Positions 12,754-25,710 of a DNA stretch of 64,000 nt are shown one piece after another. The translations under genes were made by a program, and so were the position numbers. The number at the start of each line of letters is the position of its first letter. The first letter of the stretch is position 1. The notes below the pieces were generated by a model. That model worked only from the letters and a program-made list of their open reading frames with translations. It did no database searches and was not told where the DNA came from. This DNA comes from Octopus vulgaris (lineage: Eukaryota): positions 53,816,001 to 53,880,000 of the forward strand of contig OX597816.1 of assembly GCA_951406725.2 (NCBI GenBank). The letters run 5' to 3'.

Positions 12754-13035
12754 CAATTGCAGCGTGGAAGGTGTTTATAAGCCATTTAAGAAACACACAA
12801 AAGCCGTTCGATTCACTTCAACATTTAAGTTTAATTTGTCAAAATATTTTCGTCGCTAAAATCCGCGACTTGTTCACTGACAAAGTCCGTGCTAGCGGAT
12901 TTTAGCGACGAAAATATTTTGACAAATTAAACTTAAATGTTGAAGTGAATCGAACGGCTTTTGTGTGTTTCTTAAATGGCTTACAGACACCTTCCACGCT
13001 GCAATTGTTTTCGTTTCAGCACACGATCTCAGATC
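12752..13035. repeat. Inverted pair of Penelope-like terminal repeats (115-bp arms)
   Basis: 12752-12866 is the reverse complement of 12895-13009 (2 mismatches, 28-bp spacer); a single copy of the same repeat lies at 24040-24250. Confidence 0.85.
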
Positions 13036-13039
13036 TCAG

Positions 13040-13230
13040 ATAGTAGACGGAAACTGAAAGAAGCCTGTCGTATATATGTGTATATATATGTATGTGTGTG
13101 TATATGTTTGTGTGTCTGTGTTTGTCCCCCTAGCATTGCTTGACAACCGATGCTGGTGTGTTTACATCCCCCGTCACTTAGCGGTTCGGCAAAAGAGACC
13201 GATAGAATAAGTACTAGGCTTACAAAGAAT
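13040..13230 (+). mobile_element. SINE family A internal fragment
   Basis: GTAGACGGAAACTGAAAGAAGCCTGTCG...GGCAAAAGAGACCGATAGAATAAGTAC. Confidence 0.8.
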
Positions 13231-13899
13231 ATATATAACATAACTCTTTTACTTGTTTCAGTCATTTGACTGCGGCCTTGCTGGAGCACCGCCTTTAGTC
13301 AAGCAATATATATGAATGTATAAATGTGTGTATAAAACTGAGCGCATTTCTTTTCTTTCGTTTTTTTTTTTTTTTTTGTAATTTTCTGAAGTAATGGTAA
13401 ACAGAGTGTAATGACAGGTTTCTGATAAAATTTTGAGAAAGTGCTAAGGACCAGGTCACGGCGAAAGATTGGTGATCGTTGTTATTATCTTCCCAGAAAG
13501 ATGATGGACAATAACAGCAAGGTAGAGACGTCGCCACCACCACCACCACCACTACCACCAAAACCACACGCACACACAAACATCCCGTACCACTACCTCG
13601 ACATACCCCCCTCCTTCACCACCCCTCATGATCCTTGGCGTAGCTATCTCTCTCTCCACAGTGTTACCCAGCCACATTAGACTAAAATTACAGACACTTC
13701 CTTCCTCACACGGCTGATAATAACCACCAGACACACACCCCACACACCCCAGACACACACTCGCCCCGACACAGACCAGACATTCCCCGCACCCCACTAC
13801 AGACTGTCATCCATCCCCACAGTCATCAAGGAAACAAAGCATTTGTTTTTTTCCTCCACTCGCAGTCGAGACAACATTTGAACTATTGACCTCATTTAC

Positions 13900-13905
13900 A
13901 AACAC

Positions 13906-13980
<75 letters not shown>

Positions 13981-14025
13981 GACAAACACACACACATACA
14001 CTCGAACACACGCACAAACGCACAG

Positions 14026-14085
<60 letters not shown>
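13900..14085. repeat. (CA)n microsatellite; (TATG)n and (TCTA)n tracts follow to ~14510
   Basis: Directly visible. Confidence 0.95.
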
Positions 14086-14322
14086 TTCTACTCCGATGCG
14101 AGCGCACATATATCTGCGTTAATAAAAACAACCGCGCACAGACGCACGCTCATATTTGCATACATTTTATTGACAACTGCACCAGTACATACATAGATAT
14201 ACATATATACATGTATACATATGCACACATGTGTGTGTGTGTGCATCTGTCTATGTATGTATGTATGTATGTATGTATGTATGTACGTATGTATAATCTA
14301 TCTATCTATTTATCTTTCTTTC

Positions 14323-14361
<39 letters not shown>

Positions 14362-14857
14362 CTTTCTCTATCTATCTATCGATCTGTCTCTCTGTCTATC
14401 TATCAATATGTCTGTCTGTCGATCTATCTATCAAACTAGCTAGCTATTTATTTGTCTATCTATCTAAGTAGTTATCTGTCTGTCTGTCTCTCTCTATCTT
14501 TCTATCTACAGAATGGTTTCTAATTGAGGTACTAGGCCTAGAATTTTGCAGTATGCGGAGGTAGTCAATTACTAGTTGACACTAGTCAAATGACTGGTAA
14601 TTCAGTCTGTTTTATCATCCACGGAGGAAATGAAAGGCAAAGTTGTCCCGGCAAGATTTGAAATCAGAACGTAAATCCTGGAAACACACACTGCATAGCA
14701 TTTTGTGTGACGCTTCAACAATTAAGCAAATCCACTGCACTTTACGTACGTACACACGTACATAGGGCATGCATGCATGTATGCATGAATGCCTACATAC
14801 ATACATACATACATACATACATACATACATACATACATACATACATACATACATACA

Positions 14858-15128
14858 TGATGGCCGTCCACTCGTGACCGAGGAAGACCATTGCCAACCT
14901 TCAGGAACATTGTGCGCTCTAGGACTAACTTATATTTTGCATTTGCGGCTCCGTTGGTGGCTAATGAGCCCTGCTCTTGACAAGCATACACGACTGCAAA
15001 CATTGCAGACCAAGCTTTCCCCATTCACTATACGAGCTGTGCGCTTTCGCGCAGCTCGCTTAAGTTCTTCATGCTGGATACGTGCTCTCTCAAAAGTGTC
15101 GATCCCCTCCTTAACCTGCTTCCTCCAT
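14858..15128 (-). mobile_element. RTE LINE extreme 3' end with terminal C2H2-like motif
   Basis: WRKQVKEGIDTFE...LVCNVCSRVCLSRAGLISHQRS, then short UTR ending GGACGGCCATC at a microsatellite. Confidence 0.75.
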
Positions 15129-15159
15129 ACATACATACATACAGACAGACAGACAGAAA

Positions 15160-17235
15160 CCATGCTTAAAACTCTTCCTCCAAGATCATTGTGAAAGTAA
15201 TAACGTCACTGCACAACAAGCAGCTGGAAAGAAGGGAATCTGGGGATGTGCCCAGCAATTGTTAATCAACAAAAACTATGAAGTCAGAGCATAGGAAGAA
15301 CCTCATTTCAATGTGGTCGGACTACAAGAAATCCTTTGGCTCTGTCCCTCAACTCTTGGATGCTAGAAACCCTTCAGCTTGCTTAAGCTCCAGTGAGCAT
15401 AGTCAAAGCCAATGTTGACCTGACTTCATTGAGGAGCACCATCTTGAAGTTAAATACAAGGAGTGACTGTATTATCACTGATAGAATACAGTATCGCAGA
15501 GGTATATTCCAAGGGAACAGCCTCTCTGTGATGTTGCTTATACTTTCTGTAAACCCTTTGTCATTCATGTTAAGGAAGTTTGAATACTATCTCACTGATT
15601 CTCAAGGAAACAGAAATACCAAAATTACACACTGTTTCTTTGTGGGTGATTTGAAACTTTATGCAAAGAATGTGCATGAGACGAAAAAGAGCCTTGACCA
15701 AGTAACAACTTTCTCGAAGGATAGAAGGTTGAAGTATGGTCAGTATAAATGTTGCTGTATGGTTGAGAAAATAGGGAAATCTGTAAAACAGACTACCATT
15801 TTGATCAATGACCAAATTGTTTTCCCCTGCATCTGACGAGGAATGTTACAGTTACCTTGGGGTAGATGAAAACATATCTTATGATGACACCTGTAACAAG
15901 ACACGTGCCGAATAAGGAAAATATGAACCTCAGAACTCTCTGTATTCAATAAAACAGTGGGTCAAAATGTATTTGCAATGCCAGTAATCTTACCAACGTT
16001 TGGGCTTCTTGGTTGGGCGCTTGATGAGATCCGAGCCATTAATGTGAAAACCAGAAAGATACTAACCAGCACACTTAACTTCCATATTAACAGTGACGTA
16101 GACCGCCTTTACCTAAAACACAAACATCGATCCAGACTGCCTTTGAATGCCGTATGATATCCCTTCGGCAACATTTTTTAACCATCAAGTGTTGAAGCGC
16201 ACCCCTTGACAAAGCTTGCATACATGAGGCTAAAAACATCATAAGACTTGGAAAGTTGCTCCTTGAGCAGTATTCCTTGTCTGATAACCTAAAATACATG
16301 CTCAAAGAAGTCGTACGACTCTACCACAGCTAATTTGTCAGATGAAACGACGGGCGTATATCAGCAGAATACCTTGCATGGATATGTTAGTAGAAAGCTC
16401 TGGAATGATAGTACCATTGATTATCAAAGCAGTCTATCATGGATCAACAACAGGGTTAGTAACTCCCATTGTACTTTGAAGGGCGTGCGTTTGCAATCAA
16501 GGAACAAGAAATATCAACCAAATACCTGATGCACAAAAGGGACAGAGATTCAGGAAAAGCAGCAAAATAGGACAACCGATGCAGACTTTGTGGAGTTAAC
16601 ACCGAAGATATCACCCATATCATAAGCTGTTGTCCGAAAATGGTATCACGGTATTATCTACCGATGAGACATGACGTTGTAGCTAGGACAGTCTACAACG
16701 AGATCCGTCGAAAGGAAAACTCCGAGGACAAAAAAAAAAGAAGAACCCATAAACACTCATAATAAAAAGAAGTATTGGTGGAATGTCCCAGTGAAGACCT
16801 CAATAAAATGTAAACTCAACAGACCTGATATAATGATTTGGGATAGAGAAGAGAAACTGTGCACAGTTGTGGGAATCAGCTGCCCAACAGATGTTAACAT
16901 AGAGCTCAAGGTGAGAGAAAAACAGAATACCTATGCTGAACTATTGAGAAATCTACAGTTACTCTATCCAGATTACAAGTTCAGGTTTATACCTGTAATT
17001 ATTGGGGTACTGGGATATGTAACACACTGCCTAAATACCAATCTTGAGAAATTAGGCTTCTCAAAACCAGAAAGGAGAAAGCTGATTCAAAGACTACAGA
17101 TCCAAGCCATCACTGGAACTGTAACAATTTGAAACACTTTCCAGGTTATCATTTAAATATATATGAGCATGTCTAGATATGCAAGTATATGCATGGGAAT
17201 ACATACATAAAACAAAATATACAAATCTGCACATA
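15160..17235 (+). mobile_element. Dong/R4-type LINE, 5'-truncated and degraded (RT, CCHC, RLE)
   Basis: GCAQQLLIN, DYKK..SVP, RGIFQGNSLS, THCFFVGDLKLYA, CRLC....EDITHIISCCP, NRPDIMIWD; several stops and frameshifts. Confidence 0.9.
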
Positions 17236-17236
17236 T

Positions 17237-17271
<35 letters not shown>

Positions 17272-17286
17272 TATACACACACGTAC

Positions 17287-17317
<31 letters not shown>

Positions 17318-17719
17318 TACATATATATATATATGTATACTAGCTGAGTATCCTGTCATTGCCAGGTAATTTTTCCAATAGCGGACTTTCAGAATAGCAC
17401 ACCCACATAAGTCGGAAATTCTGTTTCCCGAAGATTTTTCAAATTCTTTGTTCACCACAACCTTGCATGCGATGGGGAGGCGGTGAGGGGGAGGGGTAGA
17501 AGGTTTTTATGAAAACAGTTTTTGAAAATTTATGAATCCTCTCTTCCTCTTTTCCAGACCGATTTCGTCCATTTTTTTAAAATCCCTTACTCACTTAAAA
17601 AGAATGGGAAACGCTTTTTCAGTCAAAAAGAAAATAGGCTTTTTTGAAAATATATGTATTTTTTCCCAATCCTCAACCCCGAACCAGTACCAGTTTCGGC
17701 CAAAGTTTTTTTTTTTTTT

Positions 17720-17941
17720 ATTTCCTTTTCTTTCTTTCTTTCTTCCTTTCTTTCTTTCTTTCTATCTTTCTTTCTTTCTTCATTTCTTTCTTTCTTTCTT
17801 TCTTTCTTATTTCCTTTCTTTCTTCCTTCCTTTCTTCCTTCCTTCTTTTCTTTCTTCCTTTCTTTCTTCCTTCCTTCTTTTCTTTCTTCCTTTCTTTCTT
17901 TCTTTCTTCCTTTCTTTCTTTCTTTCTTTCTTTCTTCCTTC

Positions 17942-17974
<33 letters not shown>

Positions 17975-18378
17975 TTTCTTCCTTCCTTCCTTCTTTTCTT
18001 TCTTCCTTTCTTTCTTTCTTTCTTACTTCCTTTCTTCCTTCCTTCCTTCCTTTCTTTCTTTCTTCCTTCCTTCCTTTCTTCTTTCCTTCCTCTCCTTTCT
18101 TCCTTCCTTTCTTTCTTCCTTCCTTTCTTCCTTTTTCCTTCCTTCCTTCCTTCTTTTCTTCCTTTCTTTCTTCCTTCCTTCCTTCCTTTCTTTTCTTCCT
18201 TTCTTTCTTCCTTCCTTCCTTCCTTTCTTTCCTTCTTCCTTTCTTCCTTCCTCCCTTCCTTCCTTTCTTTCCTTCCTTCCTTCCTTCCTTCCTTCCTTCC
18301 TTCCTTCCTTCCTTCCTTCCTTCCTTCCTTTTCTTTCCTTCCTTCCTTTTTTCCTTTCTTCCTTTCTTTCTTTCTTTT
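17720..18378. repeat. Compound (TTTC)n/(TTCC)n polypyrimidine microsatellite, ~660 bp
   Basis: Directly visible; source of the F/L/S/P pseudo-ORFs. Confidence 0.97.
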
Positions 18379-19205
18379 TGTACTACATATTTAAAAACGA
18401 TGAGAGAAGCATTGAAGTTTAAAAAGGAAATTGGAAATCGGCAATCACCCTCATCATAATCGCCACTTCTTTTATTTTCAAACAGAAAATGAAAGGTAAT
18501 TTTAAAACAATAGAGAAATTTTTTTTTAAATTTTCATTTACCAGGCCCCCCACCTCATAAATCCTAATATTTCGACTTGTTTATAAAATCGTAGTTTTAA
18601 AATACAGACACAACATATCTGTAATTTGCTTCTGTTAATAATTTCAAAATAATATTCAGATGAAAAGGTGTGTGATTTAAATGAGATTTAGTTGTTGTTT
18701 CTAGCACATCCCACGACCACCAGGTACTTTACTCGTTTCTTTGTCATCTGACATGTATTGCTGTTTTTCAATATTTTTCTCCCTACAAACTCGTTTTATC
18801 GAATGACGATGCAATGGTCCAAGGCTGGGATTTAAGCAACAACAAAAAATTATTTCTATTTTTAACCTTCATTCTGCATCAAGTGTGTGTGTGGGGGGGT
18901 GTAAGAAAAAAATCATATTTATTAACAGAAAAGTCTAAGAAATATTGCTATTTAAATTTTTTTTACCCCTACACGCATCCAGTGGGTGTGTGTATCCGTG
19001 TGTATTTGGGTAAGAAAAATGCATGTCCACTATCAGAAAAGTATGTTATTAAAATAATCTTTTACATACATTTTTTTAAATGATTCTGTCGCCCTAATGA
19101 AAACCCTTACACACATACATACACTGATACACACACATACATACACACACACAGCGTGCGTGATATGCTTTTGTAGTGAATGATAAAGTTTACCATGAGA
19201 AAATG

Positions 19206-19245
<40 letters not shown>

Positions 19246-19385
19246 AGTTGCTATCATAGATTTTAAAATGAAGTGAAATTTTTCAAATTTAATTCTATTG
19301 ATATACATTTTCACGTTGAATCCGAGTTTGTGATTCATTTACTCTAGGAAAATGTTAAGAAAATGTAAGAGAAGTTTAAAGATCA

Positions 19386-19692
19386 TCTTTATATATAAAA
19401 CTAAAGTTGTGTCTGTGTGTATCTGTCTACTCTGATTTAGATTCCTAACTACTCCCACATTTTGCGGTGCAGTTTAACCAAAAGCGGGTATTTTATAGTC
19501 GTGATTCATATCGAGCCCTTCTAGGTATTAGCGCGCGTCTACGATGAGTCTACGATTAAAAAAAAAATTACCATCATTTTTCCGCATTTTTTATGATTTT
19601 TTGCTCGGGTTATATAAGGGAAGTAACTCTCAAAAAATGCTTATATAGTTATTTCCCTTACAAACCCAAGCAACGCCGGGCGATACTGCTAG
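19386..19692 (+). mobile_element. Non-autonomous Helitron, family 2
   Basis: A|TCTTTATATATAAA 5' end; 3' CCCAAGCAACGCCGGGC hairpin-like segment then CTAG|T; inserted between A and T. Confidence 0.85.
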
Positions 19693-19961
19693 TTTCTACT
19701 AAAACAGGATTTGGAAGCTAAGCATTTTGTGCGTGATAAACTGTGCATCATTAAATGAAAGTATAGTAAAGATAGAGAGAGACTGATTGTGATTAAATAG
19801 AGAGTGGAAGACTGAATCATTTCTCGCAGGAAATTATTCTTTAATATTATTATTTACGGACGTCATTATCATTGAGACGCAGATTTCGAAAATCAAATTC
19901 GTTTCAGAGCCTTTTGGGGTTAAACACACATACATGATCACTCGCATTTCTATAGTACATA

Positions 19962-20336
19962 TCGACCGCGCGTACTCAATGTATGGATGTATTTTGTTTG
20001 TTCGCTGGTTCACTGCGTGGTAGCGCTTGGGGATGACACCCTCATAATGCTGGGTTTTAAATCATCAGAAAATCGTAGACGGTGAAACAACTCGCATCCG
20101 ATCGAATTCAGGAGTAATGGATACCGATATCTCGCCATTTTTTGTGACTTATCAACATCACGTACCCGAATCGTATCTCTCAGCCCTGAATTTGTTTGGA
20201 GGCAAAATGCCTCATTTTCCTATGACTTTCAGATGTTTTAACATCAAATGTTATAAGGAAGTGATCCACAAGCGCTATGTATGCCACAGCGAACCGGCGA
20301 ACAAACAAAATACATACATTGAGTATGTGCGGCCGA
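19962..20336. mobile_element. Palindromic MITE with TA flanks
   Basis: Long imperfect TIRs (TCGACCGCGCGTACTCAATGTATG...TTTTGTTTGTTCGC versus its reverse complement at the right end) extending >100 bp; TA on both sides. Confidence 0.75.
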
Positions 20337-20684
20337 TAATGCTTTCAAAACTATTATTCGGTATTGAATGTGTGTGTGCGTGTGTGTGTATACTATATAC
20401 GCAGTTTAACAATCTTCCTCCTAATTTCATTTAATTCAACAAGACACTGTCCCCATGTACCATATTCCATTCTTCAAACGCTTGCCGCAGTCCCTGGTAG
20501 AAGACGCCCGAAATGTGCCGCATATTGAAATCGAAACTAGGAACTGCTGTTTGGGAAGTGAACTACTAAACCACACAAGCATGCGCATAACAATAACAAT
20601 AATCTTTTCTTCTATAGGCTTAAAGCCTGAAATTTTGCACGCGGGGACAAGTCGATTGCTCGTCTAGTATTTATTTTATGGGCC

Positions 20685-21275
20685 CCTACCATTCCACTTG
20701 GCTTGAGGGGTCTTCTCAAGCACAGCATATCGCCAAAGGTCTCGGTCACTAGTCATTGCCTCTGTGAAACCCAGAGTTCGAAGATCATACTTCACCACTT
20801 CGTCCCATATCTTCCTGGGTCTACCCCTACCACAGCTTCCCTCCACGATTATAGATCGGTACTTCATCACACAACTGTCCTCGTCCATACGCATCACATG
20901 ACCATACCAGTGCAGTCGTCTCTTTTGCACACAACATCTGATGCCTATTATGCCCAACTTTTCTCTCAAGATGCTTACACTCTGTCGTATATGCACACTG
21001 ATATTGCACATCCAGCAAAGCATACTGGCTTCATTTCTTTCAAGCCTACGCATGGCCTCGGCTGTCACAACCCGTTTCACTGCCGTGTAGCATAGCTGTT
21101 CGCACAGAAGCATCATACAGTCTGCCTTTCACCCTGGGGGAGAGGCCCTTTGTTACCAGCAGAGGTAGGAGCTCTCTGAACTTTGCGCAGCCTGTTTTTA
21201 TTCTCACAGCAACATTCTCGGAGCATCCACCTCCGCTACTAACTTGATCACCTAGATAACAGAAGCTATCTCCTA
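20685..21275 (-). mobile_element. RTE LINE RT C-terminal fragment
   Basis: FCYLGDQVSSGGGCSE...RRLHWYGHVMRM...RGRPRKIWDEVV; same family as 38446-39777. Confidence 0.9.
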
Positions 21276-21339
21276 TCTCGGTGTAATATATAAATCTGAT
21301 TCCACGGGGTAGACAGATACTAATGTGTAACATAACCAA

Positions 21340-23315
21340 AGTGACAAAACAATTGAAGAATCTAACTCTCTCTACAAACGAGATTGCGAAAAAAAGTAAG
21401 AAAATAAAGAACAGTGAACCAGACCTTAAAATGCCTTATGGAAAAGACACTTCATTATAGGGACACCGAGTTGTGGAAAATATAAAAGCTAATCCTAAGC
21501 TTTTTTCCCCACTTTGCTAAGCAAAAATCATCACCCCATAACCAGATTAGTCCACTAATGGACCAGAATGGATAAAATACGAATGGTTCATCACAGATAT
21601 GCGCACTCTTGACTCAACAATACAACAGTGCTTTCTCTCAACCTATGATTGACAAAATAGAGCATAATCCAAAGGAATTCTTTGATCCCCAATATTCAAC
21701 AGCACAGGCAGTGGAGGCGCAATGGCCCAATGGTTAGCGGACTCGCGGTCGGAGGATCGCGGTTTCGATTCCCAGACCGGGCGTTGTGTGTGTTTATTGA
21801 GCGAAAACACCTAAAGCTCCACGAGGCTCCGGCAGGGGGTGGTGACGACCCCTGTTGTACTCTTTCGCACCAGCTTTCTTTCACTCTTTCTTCCTGTTTC
21901 TTGTCCCCGACTTCCTACGCAACCGCTGAGCCTGGATGCGCATTTATCAATCCGTCGATGCTCTCGGTGTCGGGGGGTTGACCTGCTTTCTCTTCTGCGG
22001 ATCTTACGAATAACAAAGGACTACGTTTCGGACTTCTCCCACTGGGACGAAGACCGCTTCGCTCAACAAACCAACAAACAGTACAGGCACGTCTAGAGAT
22101 TTTATATATTATGGAAGAAGACATAGTTACAGCTGTTAACGATCTAGATTCAAATTCAGCACCAAGACCAGATGCCCTCCCAGCTACACTATTGAAAACT
22201 TGCAAAAACAGCCTCGCCGAGCCATTAAAGTTATTATTTCAAAAGTCGCTTGAAATAGGCATATTCCCAGAACTGTTGAAAGAAACAACAGCAATACCTA
22301 TCCAAAAAGGAGGTAGAAGGGCCGAAGTAAACAATTACAGACCTGTATCTCTCACATCTCACACGTAGAACGCATTTTCCGAAAAAGAATAGCTGCATAT
22401 CTCGAGGAGAACAACCTCTCATGGTTTTCAGACTGGGCGAGGTTGCTTGACACAACTATTACAACACCATAACACTATCCTCAATAATCTCCTGAATGGA
22501 AAGGACACTGACTGTATGTACCTTGATTTTGCTAAAGCATTTGACGAGATTGATCATGGAATCATCTGTCATAGGATAAGGGATCTCGGCAGCATAGGAA
22601 AACTCGGAGAATGGTTCTTTGGACTTCTTACGGGATAGGAATCAATATGTTGCTGTGAAAGGTTATCTCTCGGCAAAGTCGCCCGTAATAAGTGGTATAC
22701 CTCAGGGTACAGTTCTAGAACCATTATTATTTACCATAACCCTACCAGGCATATGCTCACGAGTGCAATCATCCAACCTAATGAGTTACGCCGACGACAC
22801 GAAAAAATCAACGGCTGTCTAAACTCCAGAAGATGCCATCACACTCCAAAATTACCTAAATATCATTTATCAATGGGCGGATAAAAATAATATGAAATTT
22901 AATGCATCAAAATTTCAGGCTCTTCATTATGAAGGCAACTGACACAAATACCAATATCTGGCGCCAGATAATACAATGATCCAGAGCACTGACGACATAC
23001 GGGATTTAGGAATAATCATGTCCAATGATGCCTCTTTCATCAGCCATATCACCTCTACTCTAAATGCAGACATCTCATAGGATGGATCCTACGAACTTTC
23101 ACAAGAGAACCGGTAGTTGTGTCAACACTATGGAAAACCTTAGTTCTGAGCAGATTAGATAACTGCTCACAGCTTTGGTCTCCAAATTCACTCGGTCTCA
23201 TAGCAGAAATTGAAGGGTTACAAAGAAGATTTATCAGTAAATAATTTCAGTTAATGGCCTTAATTACGGGGAACGCCTGAAATCTCTGTGTCTCTACTCT
23301 CTTGAACGCCTGAGA

Positions 23316-23393
<78 letters not shown>

Positions 23394-23815
23394 ATTATAT
23401 ACGCATGGAAGATCCCAGAAGAACATGTTCTAAACATCGGTATAAAAGCGAATTTTAATGCTCGAACTGGTAGGTACTGTCAGCTTCCAAATATACTATC
23501 TTCAAACTCACGAGCAAAAAACACCTTACTGTACTAGTCTAATACTCAGAGGTCCTCAAGTATTCAACTGCTTACCTAAAGAGATTAGAAATAAAAAGGG
23601 ACCTCTATTGAAACTTTCAAAAAAGCACTGGATCAACTCCCAACGACGATACCGGACCAACCAACCAACCATTCAAGGATACACTCAGAGAAGATCAGTA
23701 ACTACAAACTCAATCAGCGACCAATTTTCAATCATAAAGCGACAGCAAAACTTTTGAAAACAAACCAAACAAATTAAGGCAGTGCTCCAGCATGGCTGCA
23801 GTCCGGCGAATAAAA
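21340..23815 (+). mobile_element. CR1/L2-type LINE, degraded, interrupted by a SINE
   Basis: SAPRPDALP, IPIQKGG...NYRPVSLTS, YLDFAKAFD, SGIPQGTVLEP, SYADDTK, RGPQVFNCLP; tail GGCAGTGCTCCAGCATGGCTGCAG. Confidence 0.9.
21711..22076 (+). mobile_element. tRNA-derived SINE family C with 13-bp TSD
   Basis: Head GGAGGCGCAATGGCCC..GGTTAG...GGTTTCGATTCCC; flanked by AACAGCACAGGCA (21698-21710) and AACAGTACAGGCA (22077-22089). Confidence 0.85.
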
Positions 23816-24039
23816 CCATTAAAAGAATAGAATAATAAATATAATATTGATCTGATAGTAGTGAGAATTCTCTGTTAGTATTGCATCAGCATCGCTGTAT
23901 TTCGGCGCTCTTTCAAGTTTGTCTTGAGTTGCAAGCTGAGTACGTGCGAATCTGTCATCATCACTGATTGATGAGGCTGGGTGAAAGCTGAAAGAGATTT
24001 TGGCAATGAATGCCTGTGATTGGAAGGAAATCATATATA

Positions 24040-24250
24040 CTGAATTACGGAGATGTACTTGCATAGCAAGTGCTTTGATCTGAGATCGTGTGCTGAAACG
24101 AAAACAATTGCAGCGTGGAAGGTGTTTGTAAGCCATTTAAGAAACACACAAAAGCCGTTCGATTCACCTCAACATTTAAGTTTAATTTGTCGAAATATTT
24201 TCGTCGCTTTAAGACCGCGACCTGTTCACTGACAAAAATCCGTGCTGCAT
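24040..24250 (-). mobile_element. Penelope-like terminal-repeat copy
   Basis: Same sequence as the arms at 12752-13035, including the structured motif at 24186-24236. Confidence 0.6.
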
Positions 24251-25245
24251 CTGAGAAAGTAACAGTTAGTTCGTTATATATATGTACGTATGTATGTGTG
24301 TATGTATGTATGCACGCATGTATGCATGTATGTACGTACGTACGCATGTATGTATGTATGTATGTATGTATGTTTGTATGTGTGTATGTATGTGTGTATA
24401 TGCATGCACACACACACTATAAACTTAAAGCTATAAACCTGTAGTGGTGGATAGGTGTAGACTGACCACTCATCACAACAATATCAAATTTCAACCTCCC
24501 CCCACCCCCGCCGAAACTAGGAAGTGATTTACGACCCTTACCCCCACGACAAAACTCTAAAACCTATTATCAGCCACTTATCTCTATATCTCAAAACCTT
24601 TTGTTTTACTATTACTTACCTTTTTTTTTCTTTCTTACAAACACTTTCCACGCTGCATATATACTGAGAATTTGTTCTAAAGGGATACGGAAGATATAAT
24701 GATGCTACTTTGAGAAGCTGTCTCTCTGAGAGGTTCAGCCAGGAAAAAAAACAACATATTTCTACAATTATTAGCAATTTGTGAAGCTTCCCCTTCTCCC
24801 ATACCTTTTAACGCTGCCATGACAGTCTTTATTCTCCTACTCTTGTCTCCCTTACATCTCGAGAAATGTACTTCATACGTACTGTAATCCCCCTCCTCCT
24901 CTTCATTAAGCTAAACCAGTCTAGGCTGGGGCGATGTGGGCGGCTCGTTCCGAGTGATGTTCTTATGAGGATGACACTTCTTGACGAGAAGAAGGCAAAC
25001 TGAACGGCTGCCTCGAGCGGCGCCACTGCTCAGCCTCAATTTTTTTTGTGTTTGTCTGCTTGATATATCTTTTTCTCCTTGTAGATCTTCAACTAAAGTT
25101 TTACCTGACCCTACTGGCGGCTGAGTTCAGGCTGGTAGAGATAGGTATCATGGTTAAAAGGAATGACAGAAGCAAGAAAGGAATGTAAGAAAGGGTTAGA
25201 TAACTTGGCCCCCGAATGCTTAAGTAACGTGAGGAGTTAAGTCAA

Positions 25246-25710
25246 TCTATCGATATACTACTAAAGCTTGCTTGCTTGTGTGAGATCTTGTCTGTAATTT
25301 AATACAACCGAACCGGCGCATAATGGAAAAATACTCTGAAAGTAAGGAACCCCTGAAATGTGAATACAAACAGAATAAAACACGTTTCGCGTAAATCGGA
25401 TTCCCGAGATACGCGGTTTATTATTATTATTATTTATTATTTTTTTTTGGTGGGGTGGTTCCCCACAAATTTAAGCAGTGAAACCTGGAGTTAATGCTTT
25501 TTATTGTGGACACCTGGATAGTTTTGTCTGCGTGCTTGCTTGCCAAACGGCCGCGTAATGGGAAATACTCTGAAAGTTAGGTGCCCCTGAAATGGGAACA
25601 CAAACGGAATAAGACAAGATTAGCGTAAATCGGACCACGGGTTCCCGAGATACTAGGTTTTTTCGGGTACCCTGAACTATTGGTGGCCCAACGGGTCACG
25701 GATAGCCTAG
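25246..25710 (+). mobile_element. Non-autonomous Helitron, family 3, with internal ~110-bp direct duplication
   Basis: A|TCTATC 5' end; hairpin GTGGCCC-AAC-GGGTCAC then CTAG|T; two diverged copies of TAATGG.AAATACTCTGAAAGT...GCGTAAATCGGA. Confidence 0.75.

Noticed and set aside
17532-18459. 246-296 aa F/L/S/P-rich ORFs resembling membrane proteins
   Set aside because: They are translations of the (TTTC)n/(TTCC)n tract, open in all three frames.
17339-18625. Possible minus-strand non-autonomous Helitron enclosing the TTTC tract
   Set aside because: An ACTAG plus weak hairpin is present at the left end, but no clear 5' TC terminus could be placed.
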